Assembly (NCBI GenBank): GCA_963825635.1
Contig: CAWGTU010000002.1
Coordinates: forward strand, 58,638 to 122,637
Direction: 5' to 3'
DNA length: 64,000 nt
DNA from: an uncultured Actinomycetes bacterium
Lineage (GTDB): Bacteria; Actinomycetota; UBA4738; HRBIN12
Shown here: positions 36,089 to 50,397 of the stretch, in pieces
Layout of the letters: each line of letters begins with the position of its first letter
How positions within the stretch are numbered: position 1 is the first letter of the stretch
The notes under the pieces: model-generated
What the model saw: only the letters and a program-made list of their open reading frames with translations
What the model was told of the DNA's origin: nothing
Databases searched by the model: none
Made by a program: the position numbers and the translations under genes

Positions 36089-36897
36089 GGTGTCGGCTCC
36101 GACGCGAGCAGATAGGTCGGGCGCCCGCCCTGGCGGTCGGGCTCGAAGGCCACGACGGCGAGCCCGACGGCCATGCAGGCGTCGAGCGTCGCGGCGGCGG
36201 CCTCACGCCATGCCGAGCCGAGCGAGGGGTCGGCGGCGCGCACCTCCGCGTGGTCGCGAGGGATCTGTGCGGCGACCACCTCACCCTGGCGCGGGTCGCC
36301 CACGACCTCGGGGACGGGAGCGTCGACCGAGCCGGTGCTGCGCAGGATCATCCGTGCACCGTCGGGGATCGGCGGGGCGGCGGGGATCGCATCGAGCGTC
36401 CACCGGACCACGAGCCGATCGCTGCGGTCGCCCGTGTTGATCGAGTCGGGCATCTGTCCGTAGTAGTCCCGATGGAACCGGTCGCACGTGGCGCCCAGCT
36501 TGTTCACGTTCAGGTGCGCGTTGCGTGCGACGAGCGGGTCGAACGTCCAGCGCACGAGGTGGATGCCGCGGTCGAGGCACGAGGCGCGCTGTGCGAGCTT
36601 GAGCGCGTACCCGACGCCGGCATGCCGCCGATCGGGGAGGGCGGCGAGCATGTGCGAGTGCTCGTGGAGCCCGTCGTCGGGCGAGATGGCGGCCCAGCCG
36701 AGCACGTAGCCGACCAACTCGTCGCCGTCGTGCGCCCCCCACGGCACGTTGCCGGAACCCGCGAGTGCCTTCACCGTCTCTCTGGGGATCGCTTCGCCCC
36801 ACGTCGCCATCATGACGCGCAGGATCGCATCCGCGTCGTCGAGGGAGGTGAGGGGGCGCAGGTGCACGCCGGCCGCCGACGCCGCGTCGTTCGCCAT
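36085..36897 (-). CDS. GNAT-like acetyltransferase family protein
   Basis: ATG 36897 (MANDAASAAGVHLRPL...). The central region has acyl-CoA N-acyltransferase features. Its stop overlaps the menC-like start (ATGA). Confidence 0.5.
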   Translation of the reverse strand: MANDAASAAGVHLRPLTSLDDADAILRVMMATWGEAIPRETVKALAGSGNVPWGAHDGDELVGYVLGWAAISPDDGLHEHSHMLAALPDRRHAGVGYALKLAQRASCLDRGIHLVRWTFDPLVARNAHLNVNKLGATCDRFHRDYYGQMPDSINTGDRSDRLVVRWTLDAIPAAPPIPDGARMILRSTGSVDAPVPEVVGDPRQGEVVAAQIPRDHAEVRAADPSLGSAWREAAAATLDACMAVGLAVVAFEPDRQGGRPTYLLASEPTP

Positions 36898-37049
36898 AGC
36901 CCACGCGGATCCCTCCACGCGCCGGAGTCTATCGACGGCTCCCCTTCGGGCAGTCGCCCTCCAGACGGACGGTTCGACGAAGGCGGAAGGCCCGCCGCGT
37001 GGCGGGCCTTCCGTCGAACGAACCGCCGGCACGGCCGGCGGTGGCTCGG

Positions 37050-37241
37050 TCAGCCGCCGGCGGGCGGCGGCAGCTCCTGCCACTCGACGTCATCGAGATC
37101 GTCGCCGCGGCGACGTTTCACGAATGCCACGACCGCCGCGACGATCGCGCCGATCACGGCGATCTTCATGAGCTTCTTCAAGAATCCGCCCTTCTTCTTC
37201 TCCTCGACGGCCTCGACCGTCACGGTGGCTTCATCTGTCAT
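37050..37241 (-). CDS. small membrane protein, hypothetical
   Basis: 63 aa with a KKKGGFLKKLMKIAVIGAIVAAVVAFV TM helix and an acidic C-terminus. Lies just downstream of tRNA-Ile. Confidence 0.4.
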   Translation of the reverse strand: MTDEATVTVEAVEEKKKGGFLKKLMKIAVIGAIVAAVVAFVKRRRGDDLDDVEWQELPPPAGG

Positions 37242-37264
37242 GGGAGGAGCCCTCCTTCCGGGAG

Positions 37265-37339
37265 TGGGCCTGGATGGACTTGAACCATCGACCTCTTCCT
37301 TATCAGGGAAGCGCTCTAACCGGGCTGAGCTACAGGCCC
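37265..37339 (-). tRNA. tRNA-Ile (anticodon GAT)
   Basis: GGGCCTGTAGCTCAGCCCGGTTAGAGCGCTTCCCTGATAAGGAAGAGGTCGATGGTTCAAGTCCATCCAGGCCCA. Complete cloverleaf with anticodon loop CTGATAA. Confidence 0.9.
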
Positions 37340-37418
37340 CAACTCAAACGGGGCCGCTCGCCCTCAGGGCAGCGTAGCCACGGCCAGAAACGCGTGTCAA
37401 ACGAACGTTCGACGGCCC

Positions 37419-38060
37419 TCAGCGACGGGGACGCTCAGCGAGGGTGACCTCGACCCCGCCGATGATGTCGCTGATCAGGTTGTAGAGCATCGCGATGAAG
37501 ACGTTGATCACCGACCACACCGCGACGAAGACCAGCCCGCCGAAGAGCCCCCACATGAAGAGCGACCCCCCGTCGATGTCGATCGGTTCGGCGCCCCCCG
37601 TCGATGTCGTGCCCGTGCCGAAGACGTAGCCGAGCACCGTCTCGAGCGAGTCGATCGCCCCCGCGGCCGCGAGGACCCCGTACACGATCACCATCGCGAA
37701 CAGCACGATCAGCATCAGGCACAGGTAGAACAGCAGCGAGAACTTGAGCACCGACAGAGGCCCCACCTTGCGCACCACCACCCGGGTGCGGCGCGGCGCC
37801 GATCGCACGCGTGGCGGGCGTGAGGGCTGCGCCGCACGAGCGGAGCGCGGCGTCTTCGGGCCGGCGACGAACGACCCCTCGGCTCCGGAGGACGGGGTCG
37901 GCGTCGTCGGCGCGGGTGATGGCGTCGGGGACGTAGCCGGCGCCGGAGCGTCGATCGCGGTCGCGACCACGTGCGGCTGCGGCACGGGCACGCCCGCGTC
38001 GGGCCCGCGCTGCTGCTGACGCGGTTCGGCGGTCTCCGGTTGCTCGGCCGTGTGCACCAT
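37419..38060 (-). CDS. DUF3566 transmembrane protein (Rv0007-like)
   Basis: Pro/Ala-rich disordered N-terminus followed by VRKVGPLSVLKFSLLFYLCLMLIVLF…YNLISDIIGGVEVTLAERPRR, matching the conserved Rv0007-family core. Confidence 0.7.
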   Translation of the reverse strand: MVHTAEQPETAEPRQQQRGPDAGVPVPQPHVVATAIDAPAPATSPTPSPAPTTPTPSSGAEGSFVAGPKTPRSARAAQPSRPPRVRSAPRRTRVVVRKVGPLSVLKFSLLFYLCLMLIVLFAMVIVYGVLAAAGAIDSLETVLGYVFGTGTTSTGGAEPIDIDGGSLFMWGLFGGLVFVAVWSVINVFIAMLYNLISDIIGGVEVTLAERPRR

Positions 38061-38115
38061 CTCCTCGGGAGGAAGTCCTAAGGGTACGCCCTGGCCGAAG
38101 CAAGTACCCGGAGCC

Positions 38116-38415
38116 TCACGTCCTCAACGGACCGCCGGGCGCGAACAGCACGCGAGCGTGCACGACGGCCAGGATGGCGCCGGCCACCGGCGCGATGATC
38201 CACGATGCGGTGTCGACCTGATCTTGCACGAGCAGGCAGCCGATCGCGATCCCTGCGCCCGAGGCGGCGAGCACCGCGGACCACGCGCCGAGCGCCCGCC
38301 CGGAACGCACGCCGAACAGGCCCGCGAGGAAGATCGCGGTCGTCAACGCGATCGTCGCCGGACCGACCTCCATGACCGCATCATCCCGTACGTAGCTTCC
38401 TCCGACATCAGGCAT
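38116..38415 (-). CDS. small membrane protein, hypothetical
   Basis: Three predicted TM segments. Low complexity. The start is uncertain (M1 or M15). Confidence 0.3.
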   Translation of the reverse strand: MPDVGGSYVRDDAVMEVGPATIALTTAIFLAGLFGVRSGRALGAWSAVLAASGAGIAIGCLLVQDQVDTASWIIAPVAGAILAVVHARVLFAPGGPLRT

Positions 38416-38511
38416 AGATGACTACGTAGTCCTCACCCGGATCGCTCAAGGCCCGCCGACCTCCCTGCCGATACCGCAGTAGGACATCGAGGGGAGAGGG
38501 AGCACGATCTG

Positions 38512-39297
38512 ATGCGGAATCGTACGACACGCCTGATGGCGATCGCGGTGTCGGGGAGCCTGGTGATCGCCGGGCTGGTCGTGGCGGCCAACGCCGAATC
38601 ATCCGTGGACGTCGCCTTGCGCCAGAAGCACGACCTCCAGAACCGCATCGAGGAGTTGCAGGAGACCAGGCGGCTGCGCCGTGTGGCGCTGCACCAGCGC
38701 ATCCGGTTCACCCAGGCGCGTCTTCGCAACGCCCAGGGGGCAGTCAGCGTCGGCGACGGGGCGCGTTCCCGTAGCTACCGAAAACTGCAGATCGAGCGGA
38801 TCAAGGATCTTCGCGCCGAGGAGCGCAAGCTGGTGCGTTCGACCCGCGCGCGGATCCGCGACCTCAGGTCCAAGCGCACCGGTCTCGCGGAGTGGATCGA
38901 ATCGCTTCCGCTGCAGCGGTGTCCTGTCGACGGCCCCGTGGTGGTGTCCGACGGCTTCGGCGACATCCGTGACATGCCGGGCACGCCTCGCCACATCCAC
39001 CAAGGCAACGACATCATGGCCCCGACCGGCGCCCCGATCATCGCACCGTTCGACGGCGAAGCCGTCGCCGGCTCCAGTGATCTCGGGGGCAACTCCGTCA
39101 AGGTCTACGGCGCGGGTGGCTACGTCTACAACGCCCACCTGTCGGCCTACGGCAAGCTCGGCCTCGTGCAGGCGGGCGACGTGATCGGCTACGTGGGCAG
39201 CACCGGCAACGCGACGGCGCCACACAACCACTTCGAGTGGCATCCGGGTGACGGCGCGGCGGTCGACCCCTACCTCTTCCTCTCGGCGGTCTGCTGA
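38512..39297 (+). CDS. M23 family metallopeptidase (LytM-like) with N-terminal coiled coil, paralogue of 24683–25489
   Basis: Same architecture as the other M23 gene, with HIHQGNDI and PHNHFEWH motifs and about 50% identity in the catalytic domain. Confidence 0.8.
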   Translation: MRNRTTRLMAIAVSGSLVIAGLVVAANAESSVDVALRQKHDLQNRIEELQETRRLRRVALHQRIRFTQARLRNAQGAVSVGDGARSRSYRKLQIERIKDLRAEERKLVRSTRARIRDLRSKRTGLAEWIESLPLQRCPVDGPVVVSDGFGDIRDMPGTPRHIHQGNDIMAPTGAPIIAPFDGEAVAGSSDLGGNSVKVYGAGGYVYNAHLSAYGKLGLVQAGDVIGYVGSTGNATAPHNHFEWHPGDGAAVDPYLFLSAVC

Positions 39298-39333
39298 GAC
39301 GAGAGGATCCAGTAGGGCGGGGTGCGCCCCGCC

Positions 39334-41784
<2,451 letters not shown>

Positions 41785-41836
41785 CCGCTGCGCCTTCGGC
41801 TACCTGAGCGACGTGCCACGGTGTGTGATCAGCTCC

Positions 41837-43945
<2,109 letters not shown>

Positions 43946-44287
43946 CTACCTGGGATTTCTCACCACGACGCGGACCCGGCGCACTCGCTCGCCCCCGAGC
44001 GCCTCGTCGGCCTTGCGGCGGATCTCCTCGTGCAGGAACTTCGCCTGCGCCCCCCACGGACCGCTCGAGACCTCGACCGTCAGGACACCGTCCTCGAACG
44101 CTGCGGGCGCCGTCTCGCCGGCGAGCCGCTCCCCCACGATCTCGGGCCACCGAGACGCCAGTTGGGCCACGGGCATGCCGCGGCTGAACACCTGCTCGCG
44201 CATCAACCCGTCGACGATGTCGGAGAGCGAGACCGCGTCGTCCGAGCGCGGCCGCTTGCGGCCACCGAATCCCTTCGCGTCGGGCAT
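43946..44287 (-). CDS. dciA: DUF721 domain protein (DciA-like, Rv0004 position)
   Basis: Small basic protein between recF and gyrB (…VAQLASRWPEIVGERLAGETAPAAFEDGVLTVEV…). The ATG overlaps the recF stop. Confidence 0.6.
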   Translation of the reverse strand: MPDAKGFGGRKRPRSDDAVSLSDIVDGLMREQVFSRGMPVAQLASRWPEIVGERLAGETAPAAFEDGVLTVEVSSGPWGAQAKFLHEEIRRKADEALGGERVRRVRVVVRNPR

Positions 44288-45405
44288 CAGCCCGCTCCCC
44301 TTGGACCGATGGCCGTCGCACGCGGCGTCACGACCCCGGCCCGAACGTCCCACACGGCGCCGGGCTCCGCCGGCACGTCGGCTTCGTCGGCGACCGACAC
44401 GAACACCTGGCCGTCACGCGCCGCCAGATGGGTGAGCAGGCGGTCACGCCGGGCGGGGTCGAGGGCACTGAACGGATCGTCCACGAGCAGCACCGGGGGC
44501 TCCCCGAGCTCTTCGGTCACCGCGGACGCGAGTCCGATCCGCAGGCAGAGCGCGGTCGCCCACGTCTCGCCGTGGGAGCCGGCCGAGCGCGCGCCGAGGT
44601 CGCGCACCTCGAGCGTGAGATCGTCGCGATGCGGTCCGACGAGCGACGTGCGCCGGGCGAGCTCGTCCCCCCGGCGCTCGGCGATCCGCGCCCGGAACGC
44701 GCCCTCCAGGTCGGACGCGTCCCACACGTTCGGGCGGTAGCGCACGACGAGCTCGTCCCCGGCGAGGTGCTCGAACTCCGCGGCGGCATGAGGTGCGAGA
44801 CGCTCGATCGCCTCGTGGCGCGCCTGCACCAGGGCCGTCCCCGCCAGCACCAGCTCCTCGTCCCAGGCCTCGATGCCGGCGGGCACACCGGGACGGTCCC
44901 ACTCCTTCAGCAGGCGATTGCGCTGCCGCAGCGCACGGTCGTAGGTGGTGAACGCGGTCTCCTTCAGCGGCCAGAGCGCCGTCACCGCCTCATCGAGGAA
45001 CGTGCGCCGCTTCGAGGGATCGCCGATCACGATCGGCAGGTCGAACGGCCCGAACATCACCGCGCGAACCTGACGGCGCAGGTCGCGTTTGCGGCGCACC
45101 GGCGACCGGTTCACCTTGACGCGGCTCGCGCCCTTCACCGGGATCTCGACCTCCACGAGCACCTTGCCGTGCGCGGTCTCGAACTCCCCGCGCGCGTAGG
45201 CGGCGTCGTGGCCGTCCTGCACGAGCGCCGAGTTCGCCGAGGCCCTCGGCGAACCGAGCGCGTACAGCACGAAGAGGCCTTCGAGCAGATTCGTCTTGCC
45301 CTCGCCGTTGGGCGCGACCACGACCGTCAGGCCGCCGAGCAGCGGATCGAGGTGCGTGTGCTCGTGGTTGCGGAACCGCCGCAACTCGATCCAGGCCAAG
45401 CGCAT
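44287..45405 (-). CDS. recF: DNA replication/repair protein RecF
   Basis: MRLAWIELRRFRNHEHTHLDPLLGGLTVVVAPNGEGKTNLLEG (Walker A) and an SMC-like fold. 372 aa. Confidence 0.9.
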   Translation of the reverse strand: MRLAWIELRRFRNHEHTHLDPLLGGLTVVVAPNGEGKTNLLEGLFVLYALGSPRASANSALVQDGHDAAYARGEFETAHGKVLVEVEIPVKGASRVKVNRSPVRRKRDLRRQVRAVMFGPFDLPIVIGDPSKRRTFLDEAVTALWPLKETAFTTYDRALRQRNRLLKEWDRPGVPAGIEAWDEELVLAGTALVQARHEAIERLAPHAAAEFEHLAGDELVVRYRPNVWDASDLEGAFRARIAERRGDELARRTSLVGPHRDDLTLEVRDLGARSAGSHGETWATALCLRIGLASAVTEELGEPPVLLVDDPFSALDPARRDRLLTHLAARDGQVFVSVADEADVPAEPGAVWDVRAGVVTPRATAIGPRGAG

Positions 45406-45433
45406 CGGGGGTGGGGAGCCCGATCGTCGGCAG

Positions 45434-46555
45434 TCAGGAGACCGCGGCAGGCAAGCGCACGGGCATCACCAGGTAGGTGAACTCGTCGCTCTCGCCCCGC
45501 ACGACCCCGGGCTTCAACCCGTCGCGGACGTCGATGCGCACGCTCTCTCCGTTCGCCGCGCGCAGCCCGTCGGCCAGGTACTGCGGGTTGAAGGCGACCG
45601 TGAGATCGTCGCCCTCGTACCTCGCCTCGACGGTCTCGACGGCCTGGCCGAGATCGGGGCTCGACGACGAGAGCTTCACCCCCAGGGCGTTGAACTCCAG
45701 CCTCACCGGCGTGGTGTCGCGAGCCATCAGCCCGACGCGGCTCACCGCATCGAGCAGCTGCTGGCGGCTGATCGTCAGCCGGCTCTCGTGCTGATCGGGC
45801 AGGAGCTGGCGGTAGTTCGGGAACTCGCCCTCGATCAACCGCGACGTGAGCGTGAACTCGCCGATGCGGAACGCCACCTGCGACTCGTCGACGAAGATCT
45901 CGAGCGAGGCCTTCTCGTCGGCGGCGGCGCCCCGGCCCGCCTCGCTCAGCGCGCGCTCGGGCACGATCGCCTTGCCTTCGCCGTCGGCGGTCGCCACGAG
46001 CTCGCGCACGGCGAGCCGGTACGAGTCGGTCGCCACCATGACCACGCCCTCGCGGCTGACCTCGATCAGTACCCCCGTCAGGACGGGCCGAGCCTCATCG
46101 CGCGAGGCGCCGCGCGCGACCTGATGCACCGCCTCGGCGAACGCACCGGCCTCGGCGGTGATCTTCGTGCCGCTCGGTTCCTGTAGGCCCGGGAAGTCCT
46201 CGGCCGGCAGGAGGCGCAGGGTGCCTTCATATGCGGCGCATCGGATATGGGCCTGTGACTGATCGGTCTCGACGTCGACGGGCGCATCGGACAGCGACTT
46301 CACCGTGTCGCCGAGCAATCGGGCCGGGACCAGGGCGATGCCCGCCTCGCTCACCTGTGCGTCGGTCGCCAACCGGGCCGAGACCTCGAGGTCGGTGGTC
46401 GTCAACGTGAGGCGTCCGTCGTCGGTCGCCTCGATCAGCACTCCCGTCAGCGCCGGGATGCCCGGCCTCGACGACACTCCGCGCTGAACGGTCTGCAGCG
46501 CCTCGGACAGCGCATCGCGGTCACACCGGAACTTCACTCGGTCCACCCCCTGCAT
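45434..46555 (-). CDS. dnaN: DNA polymerase III beta sliding clamp
   Basis: VKFRCDRDALSEALQTVQRGVSSRPGIPALTGVLIEA…, with the three-domain clamp length (373 aa). Confidence 0.9.
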   Translation of the reverse strand: MQGVDRVKFRCDRDALSEALQTVQRGVSSRPGIPALTGVLIEATDDGRLTLTTTDLEVSARLATDAQVSEAGIALVPARLLGDTVKSLSDAPVDVETDQSQAHIRCAAYEGTLRLLPAEDFPGLQEPSGTKITAEAGAFAEAVHQVARGASRDEARPVLTGVLIEVSREGVVMVATDSYRLAVRELVATADGEGKAIVPERALSEAGRGAAADEKASLEIFVDESQVAFRIGEFTLTSRLIEGEFPNYRQLLPDQHESRLTISRQQLLDAVSRVGLMARDTTPVRLEFNALGVKLSSSSPDLGQAVETVEARYEGDDLTVAFNPQYLADGLRAANGESVRIDVRDGLKPGVVRGESDEFTYLVMPVRLPAAVS

Positions 46556-46781
46556 CTACTGTCTTGAAGGAAAGAAGAACATCGGTAGTAGTAGGCACTG
46601 TGGAAACCTGCATGAACGGGCCGTTCCTGCAGCGTAGCCGGGCGGTGCGACATGTGGGAAACGTGTGGGGAAAACGTGTCGCTTCCGACGGACCCCGAGA
46701 ACCAGGCTCCGGTTCCCACCGGCAACGCCGACGTTGTCCACAGATCGGCGCACACTCCTGGGAGCGGTCCGGCGGGCGCGT
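46556..46781. other. oriC (dnaA-dnaN intergenic region with DnaA boxes and an AT-richer segment)
   Basis: A perfect TTGTCCACA sits at 46734–46742. Degenerate boxes are CTGTGGAAA (46597), TGTGGGAAA (46654) and TGTGGGGAAAA (46665). The relatively AT-rich stretch gaaggaaagaagaacatcggtagtagtagg lies at about 46565–46595. Confidence 0.65.
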
Positions 46782-48215
46782 TCATGCGGCGCGCACCCGA
46801 CCGCGGATGATGCGTGTGAGGTCTTGGACCTGGCGGAACGTGGCGTCGCGAGCCCGCATCTCGTCCTCGACTTTGCGGATGCCGTGCAGCACGGTCGTGT
46901 GGTCACGGCCGCCGAAGATCTCGCCGATCTTCAGCAGCGACAAGCCTGTGCACTCGCGCGTGAGGTACATCGCGATGTGCCGGGCCTGGGTGAGCGGACG
47001 AGACCGCGACTTCGACATCAGGTCCGCCGGCGAGAGCGAGAAGTACTTCGAGGTCTCGTCGAGGATCAGCGGCGGCGGGATCTCGTTCTGGGTCTGAGGG
47101 ATGAGGTCCTCGAGCGCACGCTCGGCGAGTGTGTTGTCGATCGGCTGCCCGGTCAGCTCGCTCCAGGCGACCACCCGAACGAGCGCTCCCTCGAGCTCAC
47201 GCACGGACTGGTCGAACTTGGAGGCGACGAACTCGATCACGTCGGCAGGCACGGTGATGTGCTCGCGCTCGGCCTTCAGCTGCAGGATCGCGATGCGGGT
47301 CTCGAGGTCCGGCGGCTGCACGTCGACGCAGAGACCCCAGCGGAACCGGTTCACCAGCCGCTCCTCGAGCCCCGAGAGCTCGTGCGGGGGACGATCGGAC
47401 GCGATCACGATCTGCTTGCCGGCCCCGTGCAGGTGGTTGAACGTGTGGAAGAACTCGGTCTGGGTTTCCTCGCGCTTCGCCAGGAACTGGATGTCGTCGA
47501 CGAGCAGCACGTCGACCTCGCGGTAGCGCTGGCGGAACGCGTCGCCTCCCTGGCGCTCCCGGACCGCGGTGATGAACTCGGTCACGAACTGTTCCGACGT
47601 GACGTACTTCACGCGCAGCGCGGGTGCGAGCCGGTACATGTGGTGGCCGACCGCGATCAGCAGGTGCGTCTTGCCGAGGCCCACGCCTCCGTAGATGAAC
47701 AGCGGGTTGTACGCCGTCGACGGCGGCGCCTCGGCCACGGCCATCGCCGCGGCGTGAGCGAACCGGTTGCTCGGTCCGGGCACGAAGGCGTCGAACGTGT
47801 AGCTCGGGAACGGCAAGCCGGGCGCGCCGAGCGATCCGCGCGCGGCCGACGGCGCCTCGGGAGCGCCGATCGCGGCGTACGAGGCAGGGGATCGATCGGC
47901 CCCGTCGAGGGGACCGCTCTCGTACGTTCCGGTGGCCTGTTCGCGGAGGGCCCCGTCGATCGAGAGCTCGATCTTCAGCGGGCGTCCGGCCGCTTCCTGG
48001 GCGGCGCGCTCTATCAGCGGAAGATGGTTGTGCTGCAAACGTTCACGAACCAGGGGGCTGGGCACGGCGAGCGTGATCGAGTCCTCGGCCAGGCTGACGG
48101 GCCGCACGTCCGCGAACCACATGACGACGGTGGTCTCAGGGAGCTCCTCGCGTGCCCGATCCAGTACGTGGGCCCACGCGTCTCGAGCCTCGTGTTCGGG
48201 GGACGCTACCGCCAT
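46782..48215 (-). CDS. dnaA: chromosomal replication initiator protein DnaA
   Basis: AAA+ Walker A ([11 protein letters not shown]), sensor motifs and a C-terminal DnaA-box-binding domain. ATG 48215 ([14 protein letters not shown]). Confidence 0.9.
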   Translation of the reverse strand: MAVASPEHEARDAWAHVLDRAREELPETTVVMWFADVRPVSLAEDSITLAVPSPLVRERLQHNHLPLIERAAQEAAGRPLKIELSIDGALREQATGTYESGPLDGADRSPASYAAIGAPEAPSAARGSLGAPGLPFPSYTFDAFVPGPSNRFAHAAAMAVAEAPPSTAYNPLFIYGGVGLGKTHLLIAVGHHMYRLAPALRVKYVTSEQFVTEFITAVRERQGGDAFRQRYREVDVLLVDDIQFLAKREETQTEFFHTFNHLHGAGKQIVIASDRPPHELSGLEERLVNRFRWGLCVDVQPPDLETRIAILQLKAEREHITVPADVIEFVASKFDQSVRELEGALVRVVAWSELTGQPIDNTLAERALEDLIPQTQNEIPPPLILDETSKYFSLSPADLMSKSRSRPLTQARHIAMYLTRECTGLSLLKIGEIFGGRDHTTVLHGIRKVEDEMRARDATFRQVQDLTRIIRGRVRAA

Positions 48216-48390
48216 ATGGAATCCACAGCACCTTTCCACACCGGTGGAAAACTCGGGAAGGTTCGTCGTGGCGCCGCACCGTTCGAGGGCTCGGGTCGCC
48301 GGGGGGAAGGCGGGCCGCACGTTAGCACACCGTCCTGGCGGCCCACCGGCCGCCCCTGGGGTCTTGACACTCTTTCTCATGTCAAGGGCT

Positions 48391-48420
48391 TTGTCCTGCG
48401 GCGATGCGGACCCGTATACT
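48391..48420 (+). promoter_or_regulatory. candidate rpmH promoter (TTGTCC - 18 nt - TATACT)
   Basis: Hexamers read directly from the sequence, 76 nt upstream of the rpmH ATG. The CTTGACA-N10-TGTCAAG inverted repeat lies just upstream (48363–48386). Confidence 0.35.
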
Positions 48421-48495
48421 GCGTCGCGGTCGGCCTCCGGCCGCCATCCACACACCACGACCACCCGATCCGATCACGAAGGACCCACGTTCTCG

Positions 48496-48639
48496 ATGGC
48501 CAAGGGCAAGCGCACCTACCAGCCGAACAACCGCCGCCGCGCACGCCGCCACGGCTTCCGTCTGCGCATGCGTACCCGCGCCGGACGGTCGATCATCTCC
48601 TCGCGTCGCCGCAAGGGCCGCGCGCGCCTGTCCGCTTGA
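48496..48639 (+). CDS. rpmH: 50S ribosomal protein L34
   Basis: [47 protein letters not shown] matches L34 almost exactly. Confidence 0.92.
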   Translation: MAKGKRTYQPNNRRRARRHGFRLRMRTRAGRSIISSRRRKGRARLSA

Positions 48640-48661
48640 GAGCGGGCACCGGGTGCGCTCC

Positions 48662-48967
48662 CGCGAGGTGCGAGATGTCCTCGATCGCGCCCGACCCCGT
48701 CGCGGAAGGCGGGTGGTACTGTTCCTTGCGCCCGGCTCGGGTGAGTGGGCGGTCGTAGCCACGCGTCGTGTGGGCGGGGCCGTCGAGCGGAACCGGGCCA
48801 AGCGGATCCTGCGGGAGGCTTGGAGACAGGTATCGCCGCAGGTCACAGGGGATATCGACGCCGTCCTGGTGGCCCGCGAGGCGATCCGGGGCGCCACGAC
48901 GCAGGATCTGGTGAGTGAGATGACCGAGTTGCTGCCTCGAGAGGCCGTCCGCGATGAACGCGCATGA
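48662..48967 (+). CDS. rnpA: ribonuclease P protein component
   Basis: Small basic protein (…[13 protein letters not shown]…) directly after rpmH. Probable GTG start (48662 or 48677). Confidence 0.75.
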   Translation, partial: REVRDVLDRARPRRGRRVVLFLAPGSGEWAVVATRRVGGAVERNRAKRILREAWRQVSPQVTGDIDAVLVAREAIRGATTQDLVSEMTELLPREAVRDERA

Positions 48968-49265
48968 GCTCGCCTGGCGCGCCGGCGCTCCTGCGCGGGT
49001 CCTCCTGATCGCCTCGATCCGCGTGTACCGCGCGGTCTTCTCAGGATGGCTCGGCGGCCAGTGCCGCTTCTATCCCACCTGCAGCCGCTACGCGGAAGAC
49101 GCGATCCGCCATCACGGGGCACTGCGTGGATCCGCGCTCGCGGTCTGGCGCGTCGGCCGATGCAACCCCTACGGTCGCGGCGGCCTCGATCCGGTGCCGC
49201 CGTCCAGGCACGGGGCGGGGTTGTATGATGACGTCGTACATATGAACGAGGAGGCTCGCGCCTAG
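48954..49265 (+). CDS. yidD: membrane protein insertion efficiency factor YidD
   Basis: [19 protein letters not shown]…[16 protein letters not shown] is the YidD signature. Confidence 0.8.
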   Translation: MNAHELAWRAGAPARVLLIASIRVYRAVFSGWLGGQCRFYPTCSRYAEDAIRHHGALRGSALAVWRVGRCNPYGRGGLDPVPPSRHGAGLYDDVVHMNEEARA

Positions 49266-49266
49266 C

Positions 49267-50397
49267 ATGCTGGCCGAGATCCCCATCATCTCCCCGATCT
49301 TCCAGGGCCTGCTCGATGGGCTTGGCTGGGTCTTGGCGTGGCTGTATGACGTCATCCCCAACTATGGGGTGGCGATCATCATCCTCACCCTGGTGCTGCG
49401 GTTCCTCCTCTTCCCCCTCGGTATGAAACAGATCAAGTCGATGCAGGCCATGCAGGCGCTACAGCCGAAGATCAAGGACATCCAGAAGAAGTACAAGGGC
49501 AACAAGCAGAAGGCCCAGGAAGAGACGATGCGCCTCTACAAGGAGGCCGGTGTCAACCCACTGGGCGGCTGTCTCCCGGTCCTGGCCCAGTTCCCGTTGC
49601 TGATCGCGATGTACGCCGTACTGAGGGCGCCCGGGTACGAGCCGGTCACGGAGAACGACCAAGTGACGGCGTACATGATCACGAACAACCATCTGCCGAC
49701 CGACAGTGCCCTGTTCGCGAGCGTCGTCACCCACGAGGGCACGGGGTTCCTCGGCCTGAACCTGCAGTGCTCGGCGTCACAGGCCGGGAGTGTGGAGAAC
49801 AGCACGATCAAGGACAGCGAGGGCAACGTCGTCCGGCCCGGCCTGCCACTCGAGAGCGACGAGGGACAGGCGCTCGACTCCTTCGAGTCCAAGCCGGTCC
49901 TGCCATGCGGGACCGACGGGCTGACGTCGAAGGTCGGATACGTGCTGCTGCTCGGCCTCATGATCGCCACGTCCTTCTATCAGACGCTCCAGACCCAGCG
50001 CGCGAGCCCCCAGGGCGCGGCATCCAACCAGCAGCAGATGATCCTTCGGGTCATGCCGCTCTTCTTCGGGTTCATCGGGTTCAGCTTCCCGGCCGGCCTG
50101 GTCTTGTACTGGACCGTTTCCAACCTCTTCATGATCGGGCAGCAGACCCTGCTGCTCCGTGCGGGTCACATCGGACCGGAAGCCCTCGATCGGCGTATGG
50201 CGGAGCAGAAGGCGAAGATGGCGACGCAGGGGGAGAAGCCGCCGAAGAAGGGGTTCATGGCAGGCATGATGGAGCGCGCCGACGAAGAGCGGAAGCGTCG
50301 CGAGGCCGAGGCCAAGAAGACGCCACCACCGAAGAAGGGCAGCTCGACGCAGAGGAAGCCGAAGAAGCCGGGTTCGGGAGGCAAGGGTGGCTCCTGA
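49267..50397 (+). CDS. yidC: membrane protein insertase YidC
   Basis: Short actinobacterial/Gram-positive-type YidC (GCLPVLAQFPLLIAMY…) with a KR-rich C-terminus. Confidence 0.9.
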   Translation: MLAEIPIISPIFQGLLDGLGWVLAWLYDVIPNYGVAIIILTLVLRFLLFPLGMKQIKSMQAMQALQPKIKDIQKKYKGNKQKAQEETMRLYKEAGVNPLGGCLPVLAQFPLLIAMYAVLRAPGYEPVTENDQVTAYMITNNHLPTDSALFASVVTHEGTGFLGLNLQCSASQAGSVENSTIKDSEGNVVRPGLPLESDEGQALDSFESKPVLPCGTDGLTSKVGYVLLLGLMIATSFYQTLQTQRASPQGAASNQQQMILRVMPLFFGFIGFSFPAGLVLYWTVSNLFMIGQQTLLLRAGHIGPEALDRRMAEQKAKMATQGEKPPKKGFMAGMMERADEERKRREAEAKKTPPPKKGSSTQRKPKKPGSGGKGGS

